Both the position numbers and the translations under genes were made by a program. Under the pieces are notes generated by a model. It saw nothing but the letters and a program-made list of their open reading frames with translations, did no database searches and was not told the DNA's origin. From a virus (lineage: Duplodnaviria; Heunggongvirae; Uroviricota; Caudoviricetes), in the IMG/VR virus record IMGVR_UViG_2778261454_000011, positions 1 through 11,971 of that record: a DNA stretch of 11,971 nucleotides. One strand, written 5' to 3'. Numbering within the stretch: the stretch's first letter is position 1; each line of letters opens with the position of its first letter. Positions 1-7,448 of this stretch are shown here, piece after piece.

Positions 1-112
1 AACTGAAGTTGCCCTGAAAATGAAATTTTTTTGCACAACCGCAGAACTTTTCCGCAGGGCATCAGTCTTAATTAGTGCCACTGCTTTTCTTTGATGTCCC
101 CATTTTGTGGAG

Positions 113-155
113 CCCATCAACCCCGCCATTTCGGTTCAAGGTTGATGGGTTTTTT
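113..155 (+). terminator. Rho-independent terminator-like hairpin (CCCATCAACC ... GGTTGATGGG followed by TTTTTT)
   Basis: A 10-bp perfect inverted repeat at 113..122 and 140..149 is followed by a T6 tract at 150..155 on the + strand. It may mark the 3' end of a flanking host transcript or sRNA just outside the prophage end. Confidence 0.4.
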
Positions 156-235
156 GTTGCCTGAAATTTATGCCTTTTAAAATCATGATGTTAGAAGCAG
201 TGTTTTTTAACGATGGCGACAAATTGGCGGCAGAG

Positions 236-454
236 TCAAAGAGAGAGCGCCACCTGTCCTGATTTCATTGGATGCGGCTGAACCGGATTTGACTCTTTTG
301 GCGTTGCAATCGAACGAACAAAAGTTTCATGGGTAACAAAAGTATGGCTGCAGTTAATGTTCTGGCACTGGTTGTAACGCTCTTTGGTCAATGAAGATAC
401 CTGAAAACTGCTGCGAGTATGGGCGGCACTTCCACACAGTGGGCAAATCATCAT
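236..454 (-). CDS. ogr: Ogr/Delta-family zinc-finger late-gene transcriptional activator
   Basis: A 72-codon ORF starts at ATG 454..452 and translates to MMICPLCGSAAH...YNQCQNINCSHTF, with the C-x2-C ... C-x4-C spacing and size of P2 Ogr. It sits at the end of the element directly downstream of the D-like ORF, as in P2. The longer track ORF starting at 487 has no homology support for its first 11 codons. Confidence 0.85.
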   Translation of the reverse strand: MMICPLCGSAAHTRSSFQVSSLTKERYNQCQNINCSHTFVTHETFVRSIATPKESNPVQPHPMKSGQVALSL

Positions 455-544
455 TTTTCGAGTTCTCCCCATTTTTGCTAAATTCACAATAATGATACCG
501 CATTATTCCATTTTGAAAACTTAAAAGTTCTCCATTGCGAAGAA

Positions 545-1162
545 TCATTCAATTTCGAAATCATCAATCTTCACTTCAAGCTCCAGACTGGTCGTAAAAC
601 CGTTATCCGGGCTGACAGTATGCGTCAGGGTGGTAATGGTCCATTCCGCATCATCTATCGGCTGTTTAAAGCCACTGACCTTCACAGGCATTTCCGTGTA
701 GAGATCTGCCCGACCTTCTGCCAGTTGTAGCGAGAATGACGCAACGCCGCGTTGCAGGCGTTCCCACTGCATTTTCGCCGCTCGTTCGGCGTTGCTCCGG
801 TTGGCATAAGTGCGATTAAGTACCAGCACGTTTTCATCCGTACCCACCAGGTAATCGCCCTGCTTCGCTTCCGGCTCTTTCTTCTGCTTCTTAGTCCTGC
901 GCTTACGCTTCACCGTGGTGCTTTCTTTCTTCTCGGGTTCCAGATTGCCGCCCAGACTCAGCAGCACCACCTGCTCACCTTCCGATGGTCGCCACCATGT
1001 GCGGGCATTACCCGCGCGCAGCGTCAGCCAGTTAATCCAGTTGGTTTCAAGGTCGCCCGTTTTCACCCGACAAAGCCAGTGTTCCCGGTCCACTTCGGTG
1101 ACTACACCAGTGCGGATCAGGTTGGTGATAAGGCGCATGATTTCGGTTAATTGTGCGTTCAT
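545..1162 (-). CDS. Chimeric tail ORF: baseplate spike gpV N-terminal domain fused to a probable late control gene D C-terminal fragment
   Basis: The N-terminal ~75 aa (LIRTGVVTEVD...CRVKTGDLETNWINWLTLRAGNARTWWRPSEGEQVVLLSLGGNLE) match the gpV N-terminal domain of P2 as recalled. The rest follows a K/R-rich linker and does not resemble the gpV C-terminus. Its position immediately upstream of ogr is where the 3' end of D lies in P2. At 205 aa it is far too short for an intact D. Confidence 0.55.
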   Translation of the reverse strand: MNAQLTEIMRLITNLIRTGVVTEVDREHWLCRVKTGDLETNWINWLTLRAGNARTWWRPSEGEQVVLLSLGGNLEPEKKESTTVKRKRRTKKQKKEPEAKQGDYLVGTDENVLVLNRTYANRSNAERAAKMQWERLQRGVASFSLQLAEGRADLYTEMPVKVSGFKQPIDDAEWTITTLTHTVSPDNGFTTSLELEVKIDDFEIE

Positions 1163-1262
1163 AATTTAATCATGCCGAGATAAGATTGATAAAAAAACTC
1201 TTTAGTTTTGTGCCAGTTATGATACAAAGTGCATTTACTCATGGACTAAATAAAGGATTCCT

Positions 1263-2522
1263 ATGTTTAGATTATCTAGTGTCAAGATTGAAGGTTTTTG
1301 GGGAAGACTAAATGCATCATGTTCATTTAATGAAGATGTAAATATTATTATTGGTCGAAATGGGACCGGTAAAACAACCTTTATGAATATTCTTCACTCA
1401 GTTCTGGCATTAGAACTCGAATCACTAAATGAGAATAGTTTTGATAATGTAACAATAAAAATAAAAGAAGGAAGCAAAACTAAAACAATAAAAGTTGTGA
1501 GTAAATTTGACATAACTAAAGCTTTGCCTACGTTTGAATATACAATTTCTAGAAAGAAATATATTATCAGATCCTTTGAAGATCGTAGACTACCTATATA
1601 TATGAGGAGAAAATATCAGGAAGACGTTGAAAAACTTAAGTTAGAGTTAGATAAATTAGTTGCTTTATCTTCTCTATCAGTTTACCGACTTAGAAGCGGT
1701 GAAGATTTTGAAATCAGAGACAAATATGGCTCAAAATTAATCAACCCTGTTGATTACCGATTAGAACAATTATTGCAGAACCTAACAAAATATCAACTTT
1801 ATTTATCACAAAGAGCTCGTGATGTTTCTGCAATATTACAGAAAGAGGTTCTTGCTTCTATTCTTTATAGTAAAGAAGATGGTATCGATGACACATTTAA
1901 CTTTTCTTTTGATAAAGAAAAAGAACGTAGAAATTTAATAGCTGCATATTCTCAGCTTGGAGCTTTTGATAGTGATGTCAGAAAGAAGATTAACTTTCAC
2001 GTTGAATCTATTGCCAATACATTTGAAGAATTACGACTTGCAGAAAAAAATAACAGAAATATTTTAAATGTAGATTACAGATCATTTGAGGCATTACGAA
2101 AGACGCAAAGAATTATAAAGATGTCTTTAAAATCCGAGGAGAAAATAAAAAACATATTTCTTCCTATAAATCTATTTTTAGAAACATTACATGAGTTCAT
2201 AACCGATAAAAAATTTAATTTTATCTCCGGTGAGTTAGTAATAGAAAATGAGCATGGGCCGATTAGCCATAGTAATTTATCGTCTGGTGAAAAACAGCTA
2301 TTAATTCTTTTTATTGAAACTTTGCTACAGCAAAACAAACCTTTCATCTATCTTACTGATGAACCAGAATTATCGCTACATATTGCATGGCAACGAAAAA
2401 TAATACCTGCAATCAAACAACTTAATCCTAATGCGCAAATTATCGCCGCTACGCATTCACCAGAAGTGGCTTCTAAATATCGAAATGCAATCTTTGATAT
2501 GGAGAAATTGGTTCATGGATGA
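1263..2522 (+). CDS. ariA: ABC-type / AAA_15-AAA_21 family ATPase, PARIS AriA-like
   Basis: A 419-aa ORF with an AAGGA ribosome-binding site 7 nt upstream. It carries Walker A GRNGTGKTT (K37), an ABC-signature-like LSSGEKQ, Walker B FIYLTDEPELSLH and an H-loop AATHSPE. The region is strongly AT-rich compared with the flanking phage genes. Its stop overlaps the start of the next gene (ATGGATGA). Confidence 0.7.
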   Translation: MFRLSSVKIEGFWGRLNASCSFNEDVNIIIGRNGTGKTTFMNILHSVLALELESLNENSFDNVTIKIKEGSKTKTIKVVSKFDITKALPTFEYTISRKKYIIRSFEDRRLPIYMRRKYQEDVEKLKLELDKLVALSSLSVYRLRSGEDFEIRDKYGSKLINPVDYRLEQLLQNLTKYQLYLSQRARDVSAILQKEVLASILYSKEDGIDDTFNFSFDKEKERRNLIAAYSQLGAFDSDVRKKINFHVESIANTFEELRLAEKNNRNILNVDYRSFEALRKTQRIIKMSLKSEEKIKNIFLPINLFLETLHEFITDKKFNFISGELVIENEHGPISHSNLSSGEKQLLILFIETLLQQNKPFIYLTDEPELSLHIAWQRKIIPAIKQLNPNAQIIAATHSPEVASKYRNAIFDMEKLVHG

Positions 2523-3366
2523 TTTCCATTATTCTGCCGAAGCAGAAAATGTAATGAATTTATTTTACCAAGCTGAAGCCATGGTTTATGTTGAAGGCCC
2601 AGATGATATTTGCTTTTGGGAAATCATCTTTAATAAAGCTAGTTCATTAAAGGTTGAAATCAAAGATGTTGGCGGCTGTGAAGAATTAAAAAAATATATT
2701 GATAGAGTTACTGATGAAGATCTTCAAATTATAATTGCATGTGATGCAGACTTCACTACATTTGAAAATGAGGAAAACGCTGATAGTCGTATTGTAAAAA
2801 CTTATGGGCACTCCATCGAAAACACGTTTATTGACAAAACAGGCATATATAAGGCAATAAAAACTCTCGGAAAATTACCTCAAAAGATAATGAACGATGT
2901 CAACGTCGATTCTTGGACAGAAGACTTTTATACCAAAATGGACCCCCTAATAAAACTTGATATATACAATCATATTTATAGAAAAGGCATTTCAGTTATT
3001 GGTGACAGTGCAGATCGTTTCATGAAATCTAGAAAATCAAATGAAATTTGCGAGCAAAAAATCACGAGTTACAAAAACACCATCATTGAAAAATTAGGTG
3101 TGGAATCAGATAACATCGATTCATCTTTCAAATCAAAATCGATAGAATACAGAAAGTGGCTTAGAGGTCATTTTCTATTTTCTGCAGTACATAGGTACAT
3201 TAGCACAACTGCAGAAAAAAATGGAAAAAAAGTATCCTTATCATATGAATCATTATATTCCAATTTAATGAATACATTTGAATCCAATTTTACCAATACT
3301 CATATTGAGTTTAATCATTACCACGAAAAAATTAAAGCCATAAATATGCCACACGAAATGAAATAA
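2515..3366 (+). CDS. ariB: DUF4435 / TOPRIM-like nuclease partner, PARIS AriB-like
   Basis: A 283-aa ORF starting at ATG 2515 with a GGAG 7 nt upstream, overlapping the ariA stop by 8 nt. Conserved acidic motifs VYVEGPDD (E27), IIACDADF (D-x-D) and YGHSIEN fit a TOPRIM-type catalytic core. It has the same AT-rich composition as the ATPase gene. Confidence 0.65.
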   Translation: MDDFHYSAEAENVMNLFYQAEAMVYVEGPDDICFWEIIFNKASSLKVEIKDVGGCEELKKYIDRVTDEDLQIIIACDADFTTFENEENADSRIVKTYGHSIENTFIDKTGIYKAIKTLGKLPQKIMNDVNVDSWTEDFYTKMDPLIKLDIYNHIYRKGISVIGDSADRFMKSRKSNEICEQKITSYKNTIIEKLGVESDNIDSSFKSKSIEYRKWLRGHFLFSAVHRYISTTAEKNGKKVSLSYESLYSNLMNTFESNFTNTHIEFNHYHEKIKAINMPHEMK

Positions 3367-3367
3367 G

Positions 3368-3390
3368 AAAAAATACAGATGTATTTTTAT
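3368..3390. terminator. AT-rich hairpin between convergent ariB and gene S, possible bidirectional terminator
   Basis: AAAAATACA..TGTATTTTT inverted repeat lying between the ariB stop (3366) and the S stop (3392). The stem is A/T only, so it is weak. Confidence 0.25.
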
Positions 3391-3391
3391 A

Positions 3392-3838
3392 TTATTTAGA
3401 TAACCATTCAAATAGGGTATCCTTGATTTGATAATATTCTTTATCGTGGATACCCAATAGCTTACGCTCTGCGTAACGGACCTCAGGTCCTTTGCGACTG
3501 ACGCGATCACGCAGGCCGTAGTGATGAACGCGGGCAATGCGCTGCACCTTGCCTTCAAACTGCACGCTGGCAGAATCGGCGCTGGCGGCAGTTTTCAGGT
3601 ATTTTGTGGTGCGCAGCTTCGCAAACATCTGACGTTTGATGCGCCCCTTTTTGCTGCGTGCTGTTACTCTGCGCGGCTCATAACTGCTGCCATCTGGATT
3701 GCGCTGCATCCTGATGTTCTGCTGCTGTGTCCGGCGCAGTTCCTGCGCCAGCTGGCGCATCATGCGGCTTCTGGCGGCTGGCTCCAGATTCGCCAGCAAG
3801 GCACTCAGCCAGTCGTCCACTTTCTGCAGTTCAGCCAC
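3392..3838 (-). CDS. S: Phage tail completion protein S (P2 gpS family)
   Basis: A 148-aa ORF, MAELQKVDDWLSALLANLEPAARSRMMRQLAQELRRTQQQ..., matching the P2-like gpS virion morphogenesis family. It overlaps the upstream R gene by 8 nt, as in P2. Confidence 0.8.
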   Translation of the reverse strand: MAELQKVDDWLSALLANLEPAARSRMMRQLAQELRRTQQQNIRMQRNPDGSSYEPRRVTARSKKGRIKRQMFAKLRTTKYLKTAASADSASVQFEGKVQRIARVHHYGLRDRVSRKGPEVRYAERKLLGIHDKEYYQIKDTLFEWLSK

Positions 3839-4262
3839 GTTTTACCGTCCACATTTCTTCAGGTTCATCGGGTTCCGCTACCGCTTCAACACTCGACACA
3901 CTGCCGTCAGTGCTGACAAGCACACGCTCCGTCAGTTGCAGGTTCAGGCTGATATCACAGACATCGTTGCGCAGAATATCCACCTCAAAGGTGAATAGTT
4001 TTTCCCGTAACGTCGGGTTATTGATGGCATCAGGCTGGTTATCCCGCAGCCACAGCAAAACCGGGGCCATCAGCAGATTCTGGTCGCCGCTGAAATCCTC
4101 AATCACCACGTTCAGGGTGTAGCGGTACTCCCATGACATGGAGCTGGTCCCCGTGGCAACCAGCGAACCGTTATCCACAAACAGATGCAGTTTGTCCGGG
4201 TTATTGCGGACATAAGGCACCGCTTTATTGAGGGCGCGGCGCAGGGATTGTGGTTTGTTCAC
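3831..4262 (-). CDS. R: Phage tail completion protein R (P2 gpR family)
   Basis: The translation ...KPQSLRRALNKAVPYVRNNPDKLHLFVDNGS...LLWLRDNQPD... aligns with P2 gpR. The start is set at GTG 4262..4260, which is preceded by AGGAG with 7-nt spacing and matches where P2 gpR begins. The track ORF extends to a TTG at 4283. Confidence 0.75.
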   Translation of the reverse strand: MNKPQSLRRALNKAVPYVRNNPDKLHLFVDNGSLVATGTSSMSWEYRYTLNVVIEDFSGDQNLLMAPVLLWLRDNQPDAINNPTLREKLFTFEVDILRNDVCDISLNLQLTERVLVSTDGSVSSVEAVAEPDEPEEMWTVKRG

Positions 4263-4515
4263 TGTTTCGCTCCTGACACGCAATAATCATGTCCACTTTG
4301 TCTGCACAGGCCGCCCAGGCGGCCTCCGTTTCGTCCAGCAACGCGTTCAGATCACCGTTAGTGTGCGGCGCCGCCTGATCCAACCGACACGGCGTCACTC
4401 GCGGACAACCACTGACGGTAAGCTGCACCTCCGGTGAGTGTCGGACGTTTCCGCAGCCGGATAATGTCAGCAGGCAAAGGAGTATCAGCCCAGCGGCGTA
4501 AATCCTCGTTCTCAC
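4225..4515 (-). CDS. lysC: Outer-membrane spanin lipoprotein (LysC / Rz1-like)
   Basis: The ORF lies in an alternative frame overlapping the 3' part of lysB and the start of R. Its N-terminus MRTRIYAAGLILLCLLTLSGC has a signal peptide and an L-S-G-C lipobox. The GTG start is uncertain. Confidence 0.55.
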   Translation of the reverse strand: MRTRIYAAGLILLCLLTLSGCGNVRHSPEVQLTVSGCPRVTPCRLDQAAPHTNGDLNALLDETEAAWAACADKVDMIIACQERNSEQTTIPAPRPQ

Positions 4516-4786
4516 GTTTCAGTTCCTCGATCCGGTGTTGTCGTTGTCTCAGCAGCGCGCTGGTCTGTTCTGCTTCGGCATAGAGCCGCGCCTGCTCCCG
4601 GTTATTGGTTTCAGTCAGAATGGACAGGCTGATAAGCTGGCTGTTGCTCTTTGCCAGTGCCTGGCTTTTGCTCTGCAGCTCGTCTGCCTGCGTGCTGATG
4701 GTCTGGCTGGCATCAGCCAGCCGCCACGTCTGCCAGCCCAGCACCGCCAGTAATAACGCCAGCATAACCAGCAGCAACCGGTTCAT
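4358..4786 (-). CDS. lysB: Inner-membrane spanin (LysB / Rz-like)
   Basis: A 142-aa ORF with an N-terminal transmembrane segment (MNRLLLVMLALLLAVLGWQTW) followed by a Q/E/R-rich coiled-coil-like region. Its ATG overlaps the lysA stop. Size and position match P2 lysB. Confidence 0.7.
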   Translation of the reverse strand: MNRLLLVMLALLLAVLGWQTWRLADASQTISTQADELQSKSQALAKSNSQLISLSILTETNNREQARLYAEAEQTSALLRQRQHRIEELKRENEDLRRWADTPLPADIIRLRKRPTLTGGAAYRQWLSASDAVSVGSGGAAH

Positions 4787-5160
4787 GCTGCTACCTGTTG
4801 CGCCATCTGATTACGGGTGATCCAGAAGGCAATAACGGTCAGCAGATAAAAGACCAGGGTAATAGCCCACCCCGTCCAGGCGAGACTGACGACAATCAGC
4901 ACTCGCATCACCCAGCTGATAAATACGTTTTCTTTTCGGGTAATTGTCTTCAGCAAAGATGCCCTCAACTCCTGCCAGAGCGAGCCATTCTTAATTAACG
5001 CAGCCAGTGCTACCGGAATTACCGCCCATGTCAGTAAACAGGCTACCCAAACGCCGGACGCTGCCAGTACCGGAAAAATCCCCTGCGGATACACCATTGC
5101 TGCAATTAACAGCGCCATCCATAACATCAGAAACAGCCCGCTGATTAATTTCTTTTTCAT
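4783..5160 (-). CDS. lysA: Membrane protein LysA-like (lysis timing accessory)
   Basis: A 125-aa ORF starting at ATG 5160..5158 (MKKKLISGLFLMLWMALLIAA...) with several hydrophobic helices, lying immediately upstream of lysB. The longer track ORF to 5310 is a read-through extension antisense to the terminase fragment. Confidence 0.6.
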   Translation of the reverse strand: MKKKLISGLFLMLWMALLIAAMVYPQGIFPVLAASGVWVACLLTWAVIPVALAALIKNGSLWQELRASLLKTITRKENVFISWVMRVLIVVSLAWTGWAITLVFYLLTVIAFWITRNQMAQQVAA

Positions 5161-5179
5161 TTCAGTTTGCTCCCTGTAA

Positions 5180-6388
5180 ACACCAGGCCATCTCCCGCGC
5201 ACGGCGGTTAAGGCACAGGCCCACGTCTTTAAGCAGTACATCATCGACTTCGCCAAAGAAGTGGAGGTGGAGCTGAAAGGCGATCCGATGGTGCTTCCCA
5301 ACGGGGCCACGCTTTACTTCCTCGGCACCAATGCCCGCACGGCCCAGAGTTACCACGGCAACCTGTATCTGGATGAATATTTCTGGATACCGAAATTCCA
5401 GGAGCTGCGCAAAGTGGCTTCCGGTATGGCTATTCACAAAAAATGGCGACAAACCTATTTTTCCACGCCATCCAGCCTGACACACAGTGCTTATCCGTTC
5501 TGGTCCGGTGCGCTGTTCAACCGTGGGCGCAACAAAGCCGATAAGGTGGACATCGACCTGTCCCACAGCAATCTGGCCCCCGGCCTGCTGTGCGCAGACG
5601 GGCAATACCGCCAGATAGTCACCGTGGAAGATGCGGTGCGCGGCGGCTGTAACCTGTTCGACCTTGACCAGTTGCGCATGGAGTACAGCCCGGACGAATA
5701 CCAGAACCTGCTGATGTGCGAGTTTGTGGACGATCTCGCGTCCGTGTTCCCGCTCAGCGAGCTGCAGGCGTGCATGGTAGACAGCTGGGAAGTCTGGACT
5801 GACTTTCATGCACTGGCCCTGCGCCCGTTTGGCTGGCGCGAAGTATGGATCGGTTATGACCCGGCGAAAGGTACGCAGAATGGCGACAGCGCCGGATGCG
5901 TGGTGGTGGCACCGCCAGCCGTGCCGGGCGGCAAGTTCCGCATTCTTGAGCGTCACCAGTGGCGCGGAATGGACTTTCGCGCCCAGGCTGACGCCATCAA
6001 AAACCTGACCGAACAGTACAACGTGACCTACATCGGCATCGACTCGACAGGTGTCGGCCACGGGGTTTACGAGAACGTGAAAGCGTTTTTTCCAGCCGTC
6101 CGGGAGTTTGTCTACAACCCCAACGTTAAAAACGCCCTGGTACTCAAGGCCTACGACATTATCAGTCACCGCCGTCTGGAGTTTGACGCCGGACACACCG
6201 ACATAGCGCAGTCATTTATGGCAATCCGTCGCGCCACCACCGCCAGCGGCAACCGCCCGACCTATGAAGCCAGCCGCAGCGAAGAAGCCAGCCATGCCGA
6301 TCTGGCCTGGGCAACCATGCACGCACTGTTTAACGAACCGCTGCAGGGCGAGTCCGCCAATACCAGCAATATTGTGGAGATTTTTTGA
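5180..6388 (+). pseudogene. P: Terminase large (ATPase) subunit gpP, N-terminally truncated fragment
   Basis: The open frame begins just after a stop at 5177..5179 with no start codon. Its translation (...KAQAHVFKQYIIDFAKEVEVELKGDPMVLPNGATLYFLGTNARTAQSYHGNLYLDEYFWIPKF...) matches the central and C-terminal parts of P2-type terminase P. About 400 aa remain against roughly 590 for intact P, and the fragment abuts lysA on the opposite strand with about 20 bp between them. Confidence 0.7.
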
Positions 6389-7413
6389 TGGGAAAGAGTA
6401 AGAAAAAACGCGCTGCGGCGACGAATCAGATCCAGCATAAAAACCAAACTTCAGCCGAAGCATTCAGCTTCGGTGATCCCGTTCCTGTTCTGGACCGCCG
6501 CGAACTGCTGGACTATGTGGAATGCGTACAGATGGATCGTTGGTATGAGCCGCCTGTGAGTTTCGACGGACTGGCGCGAACCTTCCGCGCCGCCGTGCAT
6601 CACAGCTCACCGATTGCAGTGAAGTGCAACATTCTGACCAGCACCTACATCCCTCACCCGCTGCTCAGCCAGCAGGCTTTTTCGCGTTTTGTGCAGGACT
6701 ATCTGGTTTTTGGTAACGCCTACCTGGAGAAACGCACGAACCGCTTCGGTGAAGTTATCGCCCTTGAGCCTGCACTGGCAAAATACACCCGACGCGGGTT
6801 AGACCTGGATACCTACTGGTTTGTGCAATACGGTATGACAACCCAGCCGTATCAGTTCACGAAAGGCAGCATCTTTCATCTGATGGAACCCGATATCAAC
6901 CAGGAGATCTACGGCCTGCCCGGTTATCTTTCTGCCATTCCGTCAGCTCTGCTCAACGAGTCCGCCACGCTGTTCCGACGCAAATATTATATTAATGGCA
7001 GCCATGCAGGATTCATAATGTACATGACCGATGCCGCTCAGAACCAGGAGGATGTGAACAACCTCCGCAACGCGATGAAAAGCGCCAAAGGGCCAGGCAA
7101 CTTCCGCAACCTGTTTATGTACTCGCCTAACGGCAAAAAAGACGGGCTTCAGATCATCCCATTGTCAGAAGTCGCGGCGAAGGATGAGTTTTTGAATATC
7201 AAAAATGTTAGTCGCGATGACATGATGGCGGCACACCGCGTGCCGCCGCAGATGATGGGGATTATGCCTAATAATGTTGGGGGATTTGGGGATGTGGAGA
7301 AGGCAAGCAAAGTGTTTGTGCGGAATGAGTTAATGCCATTGCAAAAGAATTTTGAATCACTGAATAACTGGGCTGGAAAAGAAATTATTTCATTTAATGA
7401 CTACTGTTTTTAA
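6388..7413 (+). CDS. Q: Portal (capsid) protein gpQ
   Basis: A 341-aa ORF starting at ATG 6388 with GGAGA 8 nt upstream, overlapping the P stop (TGATG). Size and position downstream of P match P2 portal Q. Confidence 0.75.
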   Translation: MGKSKKKRAAATNQIQHKNQTSAEAFSFGDPVPVLDRRELLDYVECVQMDRWYEPPVSFDGLARTFRAAVHHSSPIAVKCNILTSTYIPHPLLSQQAFSRFVQDYLVFGNAYLEKRTNRFGEVIALEPALAKYTRRGLDLDTYWFVQYGMTTQPYQFTKGSIFHLMEPDINQEIYGLPGYLSAIPSALLNESATLFRRKYYINGSHAGFIMYMTDAAQNQEDVNNLRNAMKSAKGPGNFRNLFMYSPNGKKDGLQIIPLSEVAAKDEFLNIKNVSRDDMMAAHRVPPQMMGIMPNNVGGFGDVEKASKVFVRNELMPLQKNFESLNNWAGKEIISFNDYCF

Positions 7414-7442
7414 GAAAATGCGCATGGAAATTTTCATGCGCA
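7411..7442 (-). terminator. Rho-independent terminator hairpin downstream of the RT gene
   Basis: An 8-bp stem TGCGCATG (7419..7426) pairs with CATGCGCA (7435..7442) around an 8-nt loop. On the - strand it is followed by TTTTCTT. It lies between the convergent Q and RT genes. Confidence 0.45.
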
Positions 7443-7448
7443 CACACG

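Noticed and set aside
354-548. 64-aa ORF overlapping ogr in another frame
   Set aside because: It overlaps the well-supported ogr frame and the ogr/D intergenic region, and shows no motif or ribosome-binding site.
752-1169. + strand ORFs of 132 and 84 aa
   Set aside because: They lie entirely inside the V/D chimeric gene on the opposite strand, with no ribosome-binding site or motif support.
1263-3366. Alternative reading of the ATPase cassette as Gabija, a class 1 OLD nuclease or Septu
   Set aside because: Gabija and OLD have the ATPase and TOPRIM fused in one polypeptide, and Gabija also has a UvrD-like helicase. Septu pairs the ATPase with an HNH nuclease. Here the ATPase and the TOPRIM-like protein are separate, and there is no helicase or HNH gene.
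3521-4122. Three overlapping + strand ORFs of 99-131 aa
   Set aside because: They are antisense to the S and R tail completion genes. Their compositions are Ala/Arg/Ser-rich in the way expected of GC-rich antisense frames.
4783-5310. 175-aa version of the lysA ORF
   Set aside because: The first 50 codons are read-through antisense to the terminase fragment. The hydrophobic LysA-like protein begins at the internal ATG at 5160 (MKKKL...).
5162-6196. Long 344-aa ORF on the - strand
   Set aside because: It lies antisense to the terminase P fragment, whose + strand frame carries clear terminase homology. It is a shadow ORF of the kind common in GC-rich coding sequence and has no recognisable motifs.
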